Source: a virus. From it: a stretch of 64,000 nucleotides of DNA. A model generated the notes under the pieces. The model did no database searches, was not told where the DNA came from, and saw only the letters and a list, made by a program, of their open reading frames with translations. The stretch's first letter is position 1; every line of letters begins with the position of its first letter. The DNA lies in IMG/VR virus record IMGVR_UViG_3300002036_000007, positions 242-64,241 of that record. One strand, given 5' to 3'. This document shows, piece by piece, positions 29,002 through 39,469 of the stretch. Position numbers and translations under genes: made by a program.

Positions 29002-30054
29002 ATGCCTGACGAAATGACCGAAAAAGAAATCAAGGCCGAGCGGCAAACGACTGCAGAAATGGAAGCCGAAGCCGGGGCTGTGGTTGAGACTGCACCAGAG
29101 GCACCGGCGCCAGAGATCGAGCAGCCAGAGGTTGAAGCACCACCAGAGCCGCTATCGATTCAAGAGCAGCGCTTAGCCAAGCTTGACGAGATATCAAACA
29201 ACTTTAGGGCTGGTGAGATTGAAGAGGCAAGCGAGCCTGAACCGGAACCTGAGCCTGAAAAAGAGGTAGAACAGGAAGCAGCCGAAGCCGCGCCAGAATC
29301 ACCGTTAGAGTTTATCGACGGCAAGTACATGGCCACGCAAATCATTGATGGTGTTGAACAAAAAGTAGAATATGATAAGATCGTTGCAGACGCGCAGAAA
29401 GCGAATACCGCTACCAAGCGATTTCAAGAAGCTGCGCAGATGAAAAAAGAGGCTGAATTAGCGCTTCAGTCTCAGCGACCACCCGATCAGGGCGTCGATC
29501 AAACCGCTCCACCTAATGGCGAGCAACAGGGCATTACTACCGACACGCTGAATAAGGCCGTGTTAGATGGTGATGAACAAGCGTCACAACAAGTTGTTGA
29601 TAGGCTGAACACTGAAGCACCGACCATTGATGAAGTGGTGGATGCAACATTGTTCGAAACGGAGCGCCGCAAAGCATTGGATTCAGTTGTTAACGCAAAT
29701 GAAATCAACAAGGCTATAGCGGACAACCCTGAAGAGCTCGAAGTTGCAGGCGATTTTAGCCAAATGTTGCTAGAACGTGAGCCTGATCTTTCGCCAGCAG
29801 AGAACATCGAAAAGGCGTTTAAATTGGCACGAGTGTCATTAGGAAAACCAGAGCCAGAAACCGCGCAAGCGGAGCAAAAAACAACTCAAGTTGACGAATC
29901 CCTGTCCGAGCGACAGGCCGCGAAAGTGTCCCATACAAAGGGCAATTTGGCTGCTAGCTCAAAGCGCGCGAGCGTGGGGAAGGACCAACCAGTCTACTCC
30001 CACAAGTCAGTAATAGCCGAAATGCGAGAACAAAGAAGCGCTAAGTTCGGCTGA
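29002..30054 (+). CDS. capsid scaffolding protein
   Basis: Very acidic and helical; IIDGVEQKVEYDKI motif; directly upstream of the capsid gene. Confidence 0.8.
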   Translation: MPDEMTEKEIKAERQTTAEMEAEAGAVVETAPEAPAPEIEQPEVEAPPEPLSIQEQRLAKLDEISNNFRAGEIEEASEPEPEPEPEKEVEQEAAEAAPESPLEFIDGKYMATQIIDGVEQKVEYDKIVADAQKANTATKRFQEAAQMKKEAELALQSQRPPDQGVDQTAPPNGEQQGITTDTLNKAVLDGDEQASQQVVDRLNTEAPTIDEVVDATLFETERRKALDSVVNANEINKAIADNPEELEVAGDFSQMLLEREPDLSPAENIEKAFKLARVSLGKPEPETAQAEQKTTQVDESLSERQAAKVSHTKGNLAASSKRASVGKDQPVYSHKSVIAEMREQRSAKFG

Positions 30055-30073
30055 CAACTTGAGGTAGTTTAAA

Positions 30074-31072
30074 ATGCCAGTTGCACTAGCGACCGCGCCA
30101 GCGGCGGCACAACCAGCAGCAGCAGGCCAGTTATGGCTTGCGCACGAGACAGGTGGGTACATGTTTGCACCGAACCTGTCAAAATATTTACGAGTTCGCG
30201 TCCAAGCTCGATGTCGTTATCGACAATTTTGTACTTTGCCCGAAGACAATCAAAAGGCAAAGCATGCCGGTGACACCTTTCACTGGAACGTGTATGGAGA
30301 CATTCCAGACGCAGACGGCGGTGAAATCTTAGAAACGGATACTATCCCGCATTCACGTTTGCAGGCAGCACAGGGTAAGTGTGTTGTTACTGAATTTGCA
30401 CTCGGTGTTTACTATTCCGGCAAGCTTGATGACCTGTCAGAGCATCCAGTACGCGGCATTATTGAACAAGCGTTAGAGCGTCATTGCGCACGCAAGCTTG
30501 ATGCACGAGCACATCAGCAATGGGATAAAACCCTGCTGAAAGTGGGACCACAAGGCGGTAACTCAGCTACTAATATCGAGCTGAATGCTACCGGTGTAGC
30601 GACATCACCGAACAATGCGGCATTGTCCAAGCGTCACGTTAAAGCGATCTCTACCATGATGAGAGAGCGCGATATACCGACTCATCGACACGGTGATTAC
30701 TACTCGATTGGTCGTCCTGCATCTTACGAAGTGCTTGAGTCAGAGCTTGAGAACGTGCATCAGTACACCGATGCTGGATTTAAAATGATCACGGACGGTG
30801 AAAAAGGTCGTTACCAGGGCATTCGGTTTGTAGAGCAAACCAACATACCCGACAGTCCAGAATTTGCCGCTAATGGCTTTTCTGGTGATGTCTTCTTCTT
30901 TGGTGAAGATTGCGTAGCTGAATGCTGCGTCATTGCCGAAGAGATGCGCGGAAAGATTCCAAGCAACGACTACGGACGCGATAAAGGCGTGGCGTACTAC
31001 TACTTGGGTAACTTCGCACCAACCCGTTTGGATGCTGGCGATACTCGCGTATTGCACTGGGATTCTGCGTAA
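30074..31072 (+). CDS. major capsid protein (N4-gp56-like family)
   Basis: GDTFHWNVYGDI, EFALGV.YSGKLDDLSEHPV and GEKGRYQGIRFVEQTN; strong GAGGT RBS. Confidence 0.88.
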   Translation: MPVALATAPAAAQPAAAGQLWLAHETGGYMFAPNLSKYLRVRVQARCRYRQFCTLPEDNQKAKHAGDTFHWNVYGDIPDADGGEILETDTIPHSRLQAAQGKCVVTEFALGVYYSGKLDDLSEHPVRGIIEQALERHCARKLDARAHQQWDKTLLKVGPQGGNSATNIELNATGVATSPNNAALSKRHVKAISTMMRERDIPTHRHGDYYSIGRPASYEVLESELENVHQYTDAGFKMITDGEKGRYQGIRFVEQTNIPDSPEFAANGFSGDVFFFGEDCVAECCVIAEEMRGKIPSNDYGRDKGVAYYYLGNFAPTRLDAGDTRVLHWDSA

Positions 31073-31141
31073 GCGGTAACTAATACGGTGGCCGCTGTAT
31101 GGCGGTCGCTGTAATTCAAATTCAAAATAGGAATTAAACCA

Positions 31142-31363
31142 ATGAGCAAAATGAAACCATCGGTTGATAACAACAAGGTCGGTCGGTCGTCTACATCCCC
31201 AGGAATGACTAACAGCGCTGGAGTAGCAGACGGACTATCGTCACATCGTCAAATCAAGTCCGGTAATTCTAAAATGGGCATGTCACACGGTGAAGGCGAG
31301 CGGCCAAAGTCAATCGCACGAACCAAGCTGTCACACGGTGGAAAGACTTTCACGACTATGTAA
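31142..31363 (+). CDS. small basic virion-region protein
   Basis: AGGA RBS, follows the capsid gene. Confidence 0.6.
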   Translation: MSKMKPSVDNNKVGRSSTSPGMTNSAGVADGLSSHRQIKSGNSKMGMSHGEGERPKSIARTKLSHGGKTFTTM

Positions 31364-31412
31364 GTTAATAGCCGGTCGGTCTATCCGGCTGGCTTTACTT
31401 TGAGGATTAGCA

Positions 31413-31628
31413 ATGCCGAAGAACATTAAGACCAAAGACGGTTACTGGGGAGCGCATAACCGCGATCCAGCTCATCGCCATTATGTTGCAACAGGCGAGC
31501 ATGAGCAGGTAAGCGACCCTAATGCATTGCAGCAAGGCTACACCCGATCACCCATGACAGGCGTTGCAGATGCTTATATGGATGATGGTATACGCCGATA
31601 CCCAGAAGACTATGAAGGTAATTACTAG
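31413..31628 (+). CDS. hypothetical protein
   Basis: GAGGA RBS. Confidence 0.6.
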   Translation: MPKNIKTKDGYWGAHNRDPAHRHYVATGEHEQVSDPNALQQGYTRSPMTGVADAYMDDGIRRYPEDYEGNY

Positions 31629-32167
31629 TGAGCACACCACAACCCGTACAACGATCAGCCGATTCTATTGCTGAGAATGCGCTTGCATTGCGCTCGGACA
31701 CGAGAAAGGATCTATTGTCTCAAGGCTACACGCAACTGCATCCAGCTATGGGCGATGCCAGTTTTTACAAAGGTGACGAGTACTTAAACGCACTCGGTGA
31801 GCCTGTTAAAAAGCCAGAGCAGCAAGACGTAAAGCAAACAGATCGTGAGGCAGTGCAGGAACAAGCACAAGCCATGATCGATAGCATGGGTCATCAGGAC
31901 ATAGCCTTGCTGGTTATGGATGGCACGATCTCACAAGTGCCTTTGCGCTTGGCATTGCTCAATGGTACGTCAAAAGAAAATGACGCATTTATGAGAAATT
32001 TCGACAATGGGCAAATGGTCGAGTATTTGGCTTCATTCGGTCTTGATGTTGGCGTAACCATGAAGCGACCAGCGCTTGAAAAGTTGGTGTTCGATACAAC
32101 AGCGCCAGATTTCAACGCATCAACCGTTAAGATTGAAAAGCCGGAAAAGGCGAGCAAGAATAAGTAA
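31628..32167 (+). CDS. hypothetical protein
   Basis: Coupled ORF. Confidence 0.6.
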   Translation: MSTPQPVQRSADSIAENALALRSDTRKDLLSQGYTQLHPAMGDASFYKGDEYLNALGEPVKKPEQQDVKQTDREAVQEQAQAMIDSMGHQDIALLVMDGTISQVPLRLALLNGTSKENDAFMRNFDNGQMVEYLASFGLDVGVTMKRPALEKLVFDTTAPDFNASTVKIEKPEKASKNK

Positions 32168-32857
32168 GTGAACTACTTAGCGCTTTGCCAAAAGGTCGTA
32201 AAGGAAGGCGCGATCATTGGTGGGCATGAAGACAAACCGTTAACAGTAGTTGATCAAGTCGGACGCATGAACCTAGTAGTCGGCTGGGTTAACGATGCCA
32301 ATACCACCATCCAATCACTTTGGAATGACTACAATTTCAGATCAAGAGAGATAGATATACAGGTTGCAGCGAATGCTGAAAAAGCATCGTATCCAGGCAT
32401 ACAGCGGATAAACACAAACGGCGTGTATGCTCGTGATAGTATCGAACGGCGCAAAATCCACTGCATTGAATGGACTGCGTTTAGACACTTAAGATCGACG
32501 CAAGTTATACCAACAGAGAGCGCCATGCCCACACACATGGCAGTTGATCCGGCTGGTGATATTCACTTCTACCCCATTTGTGATAGGCAATTCATCTTGC
32601 GCGCTGAATGCGTTATGAATCCGCAGGTCATGACAGCAGACACAGATGAGCCGTGGATACCGGAAGGTTTCCGACTGGCTATTGTGTATCGAGCGCTCAT
32701 GTTCTTCTATGACTACGATGAAGCGTATGAGCGGTACAAAGTAGCTGAAATGCGCTATGCAGATTGGATGGACAAGCTCGATGGTGCGTGCTTACCACAA
32801 CACGACATGCACAGGACATCAACGCTTGATACACCTTTGATTGTGCGGACAGAATGA
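32168..32857 (+). CDS. head-tail adaptor / tail tubular protein A-like
   Basis: MNYLALCQKV...VGWVNDANTTIQ...DEPWIPEGFRLAIVYRAL pattern. Confidence 0.75.
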   Translation: MNYLALCQKVVKEGAIIGGHEDKPLTVVDQVGRMNLVVGWVNDANTTIQSLWNDYNFRSREIDIQVAANAEKASYPGIQRINTNGVYARDSIERRKIHCIEWTAFRHLRSTQVIPTESAMPTHMAVDPAGDIHFYPICDRQFILRAECVMNPQVMTADTDEPWIPEGFRLAIVYRALMFFYDYDEAYERYKVAEMRYADWMDKLDGACLPQHDMHRTSTLDTPLIVRTE

Positions 32858-34674
32858 GAGATCAAACCGCACTGATCGAATGCCGTGGTGGTCTAAACGA
32901 AACGGTATCAGAGCTTGAGGTAGGCGCGGGTGAAGTGCGCCGCTCGTTGAACTATGAGCAGGTGTCCGAGGGCGGTTATAGTCTAATGGGCGGTACTCGC
33001 CGCTATTCAGGCCAGCATTTCGTTACAAATCTGGACAATATTTTAATTGTCGAGGTCAAGCCCAAAATAAGGCAAGAACGCCATGTCTACGATGATGGCG
33101 GTAATTTTCAATTCAACGCAGCAGTCTCGGGCACACCGCATAGATACATTGCGAGTATACCGAGGGATGACAGCGAGCTAATCATCACGGAGCGCGATAG
33201 CGCCACAGCAGGATTTATATTAGGCGAAGCGCTTGGCTTTAATGGCGCGCAAACAATATGCGATTTAGAGCCAGAGCTGACAGAATCAGAACAAAATATA
33301 TCTTCCTTGTTAGTGGATTTCTACGGCTTTAGTAACGCAAGTCTACCTACCGGTGACGGCGAGACATGCCTGATACACGGTCATTATTTATTGGGTGAGG
33401 AAAGGGTATTCGTCGTTAGAAAAAACACCGACGGGTCAGCTTACCTTCAGTACGCGGTAGACAACAGCATAACGCCAGGTACTTGGAATGTTGCGGGCCT
33501 TATCAACCAAGCAGGCGCGGGCGAGCACTGGGAAGCGTACTCATACACGTTTGATGGCATTGGTAGTTTAATGTTTATCGTTAACGGCTCAATGGACACA
33601 AGGGTATTTGGCAACGGTCCATTAGCTCAGATAACCGTACCAGGCGTTGCATTGCATCCGACGCATGTTGTCGTCCACCAGAATCATTTGTTTTTGTCAT
33701 TCCCAAACGGTCGGATAGTCCATTCAGATATTGGTGATCCGTACAGCTTTAACGCGGCTGTAGGTGGTGCTGGTGAATTGGGATTCGGTGAAGAGATTAC
33801 CGGTTTTCAGGTTTTGGCAGGCGATTCGTTGGCTATATTTGGACGCGACAGGATAGGTATATTGTCCGGTACATCGGCAGCCGATTGGAGCTTGCAAATA
33901 CACACTGATGAGGCAGGCGCGATAGAGGGCAGTATCCAGAATTTACCAACCACGATATTTGCAGATAAGCGTGGAGCCACAACGTTAAACGCATCGGATC
34001 ACTACGGCAACTTTACTAACAAGACGCTATCGCACAGGTTTAACCCTCTGTATTTGCGCATCATTAGAAACAATAAATTATTCTCAAGTGTTCATCGTGA
34101 GAAATCGCAGTACAGGCTTTACAACCAAGACGGTTCAGGCATTCACTTTACTTTCACGTCAAATGCATTAGTTGGCGGGATGGAAACCAGTGTCAAGCGG
34201 AAAATAACCGCGATGGCAACGGTACAGCATGAGTTTGGTGACGTGGTTTACTTTGCTAGTGACAATGGATGGGTCTACAGAATGGATATCGGCAGGAATC
34301 ATGTTGGCCAGTCGATGGACGCATTTTTAGAATTCCCGTATCACCACTACAGCTCACCCAGACAGAAAAAGAACTTCAAGGAAGTGGCGCTGGATTTAAT
34401 CGGTGACCCAAGGGTTGAGCTAAACGTTACTAATTCGGTTGAACGTGGTGAACCATTTCATTGCGATGGCTCGCCTGTCGAAATGGATGTCAGGGAGCGA
34501 ATAAAACCAGGGCATCGAACCGGCTTACTTAGTCGATTCTCTCAGCGGTTCCGGGGTGTTGCGTACATTGTCGGCACGGGCTTTGATCAATCGATATTAA
34601 TTACAGGTGAGACATTCAGGCACACGATTAACTCGATCACTGTTCACTATACGTGGCGAGGTCAAAAGAAATGA
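32854..34674 (+). CDS. tail tubular protein B / P22 gp10-like stabilisation protein
   Basis: 606 aa beta-rich; HQNHLFLSF...SDIGDP, KSQYRL and KKNFKEVALDL motifs. Confidence 0.75.
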   Translation: MRDQTALIECRGGLNETVSELEVGAGEVRRSLNYEQVSEGGYSLMGGTRRYSGQHFVTNLDNILIVEVKPKIRQERHVYDDGGNFQFNAAVSGTPHRYIASIPRDDSELIITERDSATAGFILGEALGFNGAQTICDLEPELTESEQNISSLLVDFYGFSNASLPTGDGETCLIHGHYLLGEERVFVVRKNTDGSAYLQYAVDNSITPGTWNVAGLINQAGAGEHWEAYSYTFDGIGSLMFIVNGSMDTRVFGNGPLAQITVPGVALHPTHVVVHQNHLFLSFPNGRIVHSDIGDPYSFNAAVGGAGELGFGEEITGFQVLAGDSLAIFGRDRIGILSGTSAADWSLQIHTDEAGAIEGSIQNLPTTIFADKRGATTLNASDHYGNFTNKTLSHRFNPLYLRIIRNNKLFSSVHREKSQYRLYNQDGSGIHFTFTSNALVGGMETSVKRKITAMATVQHEFGDVVYFASDNGWVYRMDIGRNHVGQSMDAFLEFPYHHYSSPRQKKNFKEVALDLIGDPRVELNVTNSVERGEPFHCDGSPVEMDVRERIKPGHRTGLLSRFSQRFRGVAYIVGTGFDQSILITGETFRHTINSITVHYTWRGQKK

Positions 34675-35468
34675 ACGCTATCGGTAAGACAGTTTCTAAA
34701 GTTGGTCTTGCGCCATCGGCTAAGCTGCAGTCGCATACAACGAAGATTAACGACAATTCGCTAGTTGAAAATCGCATGACGGGGCTATTGTCTCGTGATA
34801 GCGACTACATGCGACAAGCTGAAACACGTGGACTACAGCAAGCGAACAAGCGCGGTTTGCTATCGTCATCAATGGCCGTTGGGGCTGTTGAGGGTCAGAG
34901 AATAGCCGCAGCATTGCCAATCGCTCAACAGGATGCGTCATTGTACGGTCAGGCTGACTTGCAAGATTCGCAATACAAGCAACAAGGCTATTTGAATCAG
35001 CAGCAGTACCAGAACACGGGTAATCTGAACAACCAAACCCACATACAGGCAGCTCAACAGGCTTCACATCAAGGCAACATTAATTCTCGATTGCAGAGCG
35101 AACAAGGGAATATCAACTCACGGCTGCAATCAGAGCAAGGCCAGATCAGTTCACGTTTGCAGGCTGAGCAAGGCAATATCAATTCGCGCTTGCAGTCAGA
35201 ACAGGGAAGCATTAATCAGGGCTTGCAAAACTCTGCGCACAGCAACAACGTGCAGCTTGCCAACATAAACAACAGCGCTAACGCATCGTTGCAGAGTCAA
35301 AACAATATATCTAACTTGCGATTAAATGCAGCCAATGCGATAGCCAATATCGAGAACAATCCGAACATGTCGGCAGAGCAAAGAACGCAGGCGATCAACA
35401 ACATTAACAGCTACTACAATGCACAGATCAGAGCATCTCAGGTTAGTAGCTCGTTTACATACGGCTAA
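34653..35468 (+). CDS. internal virion/pilot protein with 11-aa repeats
   Basis: Q/N-rich; RGLLSSSMAVGA motif; five QGNINSRLQSE-type repeats. Confidence 0.7.
   Translation: MARSKEMNAIGKTVSKVGLAPSAKLQSHTTKINDNSLVENRMTGLLSRDSDYMRQAETRGLQQANKRGLLSSSMAVGAVEGQRIAAALPIAQQDASLYGQADLQDSQYKQQGYLNQQQYQNTGNLNNQTHIQAAQQASHQGNINSRLQSEQGNINSRLQSEQGQISSRLQAEQGNINSRLQSEQGSINQGLQNSAHSNNVQLANINNSANASLQSQNNISNLRLNAANAIANIENNPNMSAEQRTQAINNINSYYNAQIRASQVSSSFTYG
35070..35234 (+). repeat. 5 x 33-bp coding tandem repeat (hendecad)
   Basis: Units start at 35070, 35103, 35136, 35169 and 35202. Confidence 0.9.
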
Positions 35469-35905
35469 TGATAAGAACAGCAAAAATAGCGGACTTGGCA
35501 GCGGTGGGTGACTTGGTTCGCGCTGCGTGGAATGAATCTCAAACGTTGCCAGTGAACGAAGATAAACTCAGATGTGTAGTCCACAAGTACATGTCAGGTG
35601 CTAACAATCGGGTATTTGTCTCGGACGTTGATGGTGTTAAGGGCATGTTGGCGGCATCAATTGCATATCTTGATATAGCCGATGGCCTGGTTGCGACAGA
35701 TCAATGCTTTTACTGCAAAACTGGTGAGGGCAAACAATTGATTGATCGGTCCGTGGAGTGGGCTAAAAAACGCAACTGCAGCATGATCAACATGTGTGTT
35801 TCATCTGGCAATGAAAGATCAGATAAATTAATTGAATCACAAGGGTTTACGCGCGCGGGCGGTAACTTTTATTTAGTGGAGGGCAGCAATGTCGAATCCC
35901 GGTAA
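35468..35905 (+). CDS. GNAT acetyltransferase-like protein
   Basis: MIRTAKIADL, ATDQCFY, GKQLIDRSVEWAKKRNC and LIESQGF pattern. Confidence 0.8.
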   Translation: MIRTAKIADLAAVGDLVRAAWNESQTLPVNEDKLRCVVHKYMSGANNRVFVSDVDGVKGMLAASIAYLDIADGLVATDQCFYCKTGEGKQLIDRSVEWAKKRNCSMINMCVSSGNERSDKLIESQGFTRAGGNFYLVEGSNVESR

Positions 35906-36449
35906 AACTCTCAAAAAAGCAGTCCCAGCAATCATTGCGGTTGCAGCTATTGCGGTCACAGCCGGAGCCATAGCGCCAGCGGTAGCCGGTGCATTTGGCG
36001 CAGGTGGCGCGGCAGCGGGAGCAACGGCAGGTGTCGGATCGCTTGCTGCTGCCAGTGTTCCAACGGGGTTGTCCGCAGCCGCAACCGGGGGAGGGCTTGG
36101 CGGATTACTCGCCAGCGGCGGGAGCTTATTAGCCGGTGGGGCCATGAAGGCCGGGGCCGCGATAGCCGGGGCCAGCCCGATGGTCAAACTCGGCTTGATT
36201 AACGCGGGGTCAAGTTTTATTCAAGGCGCAATGACGCCAGAGCCGCAGACAGCAGCCGAAGCGCAAGCTGAAATGATGGCGCTGCAGCACTCTCAGGAAC
36301 AAGGGGTTCGTAACTACGACGTAGCAGGTGGTCAGGTGGGTTATGCGGCACCAGCTCAAGCAGGAACAGCAGATTATCAACCGGCAGCGCAATCGCGTGG
36401 GTTAATCGGTCGATACAACAACGAGACCAAACAATGGGAGCGCGGTTAG
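35889..36449 (+). CDS. DNA ejection/pilot protein (Ala/Gly-rich)
   Basis: Long hydrophobic Ala/Gly tract typical of podovirus ejection proteins; position. Confidence 0.7.
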   Translation: MSNPGKTLKKAVPAIIAVAAIAVTAGAIAPAVAGAFGAGGAAAGATAGVGSLAAASVPTGLSAAATGGGLGGLLASGGSLLAGGAMKAGAAIAGASPMVKLGLINAGSSFIQGAMTPEPQTAAEAQAEMMALQHSQEQGVRNYDVAGGQVGYAAPAQAGTADYQPAAQSRGLIGRYNNETKQWERG

Positions 36450-37118
36450 ATGATCGGTAAACCAGGCGGCTTGATCACGAACGGGCGCACACAGCAGCCG
36501 CAGAGCGACATACCGCAGGCGTCACCCATGAAGCCAATTCAACAGCAAGCACCGCCGCAACCGGCGCCACAGGCAGCACCACAGCAGGCTATGCAACAGC
36601 AAGGCCAACCAGGAATGGAACAGCCGCCACAGCAGCCAGGCATGGGACAGCCTCAAGGTGATCCAGGCGCACAGGGACAGCCTGGTGTAAACCACCTTGC
36701 CAGCAATGCACTCAAGCTACTGCACGACCCAGAAGCTAGCAAAGAGTTTGAACAGATGATCTCCCAGGGTCCACAGGGCGCAGCTCAAGCGGTGGTCATG
36801 ATTGGCGAGCAAGTGATTCAAGCACACCAGCAAAACGGCGCACCGATTGACGAGCAGCAAGCCACAGATGCAACCATCGAGTTAATTCAGGATGTTGGCG
36901 AGATTGGGCTTAATCAGGGCTATCTGCAGCCCGAGCCGGTGATTGACGGCGTACCAGCTTCGGTTACTGAGTTGTTTTCGAACGTCATGCAAATGTGGGG
37001 TGAAAAGTTCCCTGAATTTGCCGAAGAAATGAGCCAAACAGCACAGAGCGCATCACCACAAGAGCAAGCCAGTGCGCAGCAATTCATGCAACACCTACAG
37101 CAAGGGCAGCAGCAATGA
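36450..37118 (+). CDS. Gln/Pro-rich virion-region protein
   Basis: Low-complexity N-terminus plus a helical domain. Confidence 0.6.
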   Translation: MIGKPGGLITNGRTQQPQSDIPQASPMKPIQQQAPPQPAPQAAPQQAMQQQGQPGMEQPPQQPGMGQPQGDPGAQGQPGVNHLASNALKLLHDPEASKEFEQMISQGPQGAAQAVVMIGEQVIQAHQQNGAPIDEQQATDATIELIQDVGEIGLNQGYLQPEPVIDGVPASVTELFSNVMQMWGEKFPEFAEEMSQTAQSASPQEQASAQQFMQHLQQGQQQ

Positions 37119-37762
37119 CACAAGTTAATTTACGACAAGCACCAGGCCAGGCGACGCCTTTAACGGTTGCGCAGGGCGACGAATCGCTTATTCATTTGAG
37201 CAATTTTCAAAGCATATCAAGCAATGCAGCGCTGTTTACCGGTGGCAAATACCTAACATCGGGCAATATCATTGTTAATTTGCCTGCCGATGGTAACGAG
37301 TTCGAGATCACGGTTGCATCAGGCACAGTGCAACTTAATACGGCGGCTGGCGATACCGTAGACGGTGCGACCAATCCGGTGATTGGTGCAGGCCCAAATC
37401 GAAAGTACTGGAAGATCGGTACAGACTGGCGGTTACAAGCAAGCCCAAGCGTGAGCGGATCAGGCGCTACAACAAACGTAACAGCCAGCACAACCATTAA
37501 CACTAACAACCGTGAGATTTTCTGGGTTGATTCAGCTACGCCAGTAACGCTGACCATACCGGCTAACTTACCTTTAAACCATACATTTTGGGTTGTGCGT
37601 CCGGTGGCTACATCGACTGTAATAGTCGTACCTACAGCACCAGAGGCGGCGATTAATTTGGCAACCGGAGGAACGGACCCTGCTGGGTTTTTATTCAATC
37701 AATCGGGCGTTGCAATCTTCACCAAGTTAGCAAACGGTTGGCACGTAGCAGCGAATCAGTAA
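37115..37762 (+). CDS. putative virion beta-rich protein
   Basis: Two similar units (NIIVNLPA... and VTLTIPA...). Confidence 0.55.
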   Translation: MTQVNLRQAPGQATPLTVAQGDESLIHLSNFQSISSNAALFTGGKYLTSGNIIVNLPADGNEFEITVASGTVQLNTAAGDTVDGATNPVIGAGPNRKYWKIGTDWRLQASPSVSGSGATTNVTASTTINTNNREIFWVDSATPVTLTIPANLPLNHTFWVVRPVATSTVIVVPTAPEAAINLATGGTDPAGFLFNQSGVAIFTKLANGWHVAANQ

Positions 37763-38542
37763 ATGATTACCTCAATTGCGATAGACCAGGAATACGTATA
37801 CTTTCTTGACGCTGGCCAGATCAGGCGAAAAATACTGGTCAGTAACAAGATTGATGACCCTATAGCAGGACCGGTGCATGCATCGCCGGTCATCCAGGTT
37901 ATGACGTCGCACGAATGGCTATTTGCACTATGTGCTGATGGTGTTGGTTTTCGCCTGTACGGGGATGATGACTACGCGATCTGGGAACAGCTCGATTTGC
38001 CAGCGGGTACGATTTGGCTGGCCAGTAACGAGACCAGTATTTTCACGATCTCGAATGATCGCATTTACTACAGCTCATTGATTGGCGATGATTCTTACGC
38101 AATTACACCAGCTGATCCCAATTTATTCGGTGTTAGTCAGATCGACTATGACGAGGAATTTGGCTATGCCGTTGTTAATGGCGATGTCTATTACCAGCAA
38201 TTCCCTAATGGTGTATGGGTTCCGTACCCGGAAACGTTAGCCGATGTTGTATCGGTTGTCGCTGGTACTGACTTTGTCTATGCACTTGATGTTAATGGTG
38301 ATGTTTATCGATCACAAACTATCGGTCATTCTGTATGGGAGCAGATCGGTAGCGGTGGCTATTCTGTATTGTCCATCCCATCAGATCACGTCGATAGAGT
38401 TTGGCTATCCGATGGTGCAACACCAGGCGGTGAAGTGCAGCCCTATAGTTGGAGAGGGCCAGGCGCTGTAGTGCCCCCTGTTGCCGACGGTTGGATATCT
38501 GATGACTGGATAGATGGTGATTGGATAGTGGTTGCAGCATAG
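37763..38542 (+). CDS. beta-propeller-like (tectonin/lectin-like) protein
   Basis: Repeated blades: ...V YALD..GDVYR....WEQI and similar W.QL/W.PY units. Confidence 0.55.
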   Translation: MITSIAIDQEYVYFLDAGQIRRKILVSNKIDDPIAGPVHASPVIQVMTSHEWLFALCADGVGFRLYGDDDYAIWEQLDLPAGTIWLASNETSIFTISNDRIYYSSLIGDDSYAITPADPNLFGVSQIDYDEEFGYAVVNGDVYYQQFPNGVWVPYPETLADVVSVVAGTDFVYALDVNGDVYRSQTIGHSVWEQIGSGGYSVLSIPSDHVDRVWLSDGATPGGEVQPYSWRGPGAVVPPVADGWISDDWIDGDWIVVAA

Positions 38543-38551
38543 GGGTAAAAA

Positions 38552-39469
38552 ATGAAACTCAATCTTCGCGGTGGACTTGCAGCGGTTGCTGGCTCAGTAG
38601 CTCAGACCGCGCAACTGATGATTACCGAAGACGCTCAACGCCTAAGAGATGAGCGCATGATGCAGTATCGTCAGCAAGAAACGCAGATGCAGGGTCAGCA
38701 GAAAATGCAGCAGATGCAAGCGCAACAGGTTGCAGATCAGGCAGCATTGCAGGAGCAGCGGCAATACGATGAAAGTCAGGCGGCTATAGCGAGAGAGCAA
38801 CAGTTAGCCGATGCCAAAGTAGATCGAGAGCATGATATGAGCCAGATCGAAACACGCGCAAAGCTTGACCCAAGGGCCAACAAAACCGAAATCAATAACA
38901 ACATGGGTGGTGGTATTGGTCATTTGCGCGGCAAGAAAGCACAAGAGGGAATGGGCACCAATGACGCAACAAGGATTGATGAAATCCAGCGAGCTGGCGC
39001 AGGCGTTGCCAAAATTCGGGATAGTTTGGGCATCTTAGAATCTGTTGGAAGTGAGTTTAAAACCGGCAAAGTGCCTGATTTGTTAGCTGCTGTTGGTGAG
39101 TACATGGGCACCGATGCCGGAGCTGCGCGGCAAATGGTTAATGGTGCTGTGGCTCCGATGGTGCTAGAGCTAATGTCGCAGCAAAAAGGCCCACAAACAG
39201 ATGCGGATAGGCGTCAGTTTGAGAAGTTAATGGCGACCTACGACAAATCGCCAGAAGCATTTCAAACAATGCTTGGACTATCCAATAAGTATGTTCGACG
39301 TGCTACTGAAAATGCTCAGGCGCTTGATGAGTACATGCAAACACCGTTTTATCAAGAGAATGGACATCTTGGACAGTTCAAGATGCCAAATGCAATTGAT
39401 ACAAGAGAAACTGAGCATACGCAGAAATCTGTTGATGCAGTTGACGATCCGTTGGGGCTGTTCGATTGA
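38552..39469 (+). CDS. DNA ejection protein
   Basis: Q-rich coiled coil; KGPQTDADRRQFE motif seen in podovirus internal proteins. Confidence 0.65.
   Translation: MKLNLRGGLAAVAGSVAQTAQLMITEDAQRLRDERMMQYRQQETQMQGQQKMQQMQAQQVADQAALQEQRQYDESQAAIAREQQLADAKVDREHDMSQIETRAKLDPRANKTEINNNMGGGIGHLRGKKAQEGMGTNDATRIDEIQRAGAGVAKIRDSLGILESVGSEFKTGKVPDLLAAVGEYMGTDAGAARQMVNGAVAPMVLELMSQQKGPQTDADRRQFEKLMATYDKSPEAFQTMLGLSNKYVRRATENAQALDEYMQTPFYQENGHLGQFKMPNAIDTRETEHTQKSVDAVDDPLGLFD

Noticed and set aside
21707-31072. Intein or intron in terL, or a frameshift at the end of the capsid gene
   Set aside because: terL is of normal length and continuous; no slippery heptamer precedes the capsid stop
31086-31111. 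Strong hairpin after the capsid gene as a terminator or ncRNA
   Set aside because: No U-tract; most simply an mRNA-stabilising or processing stem, which is common after capsid genes
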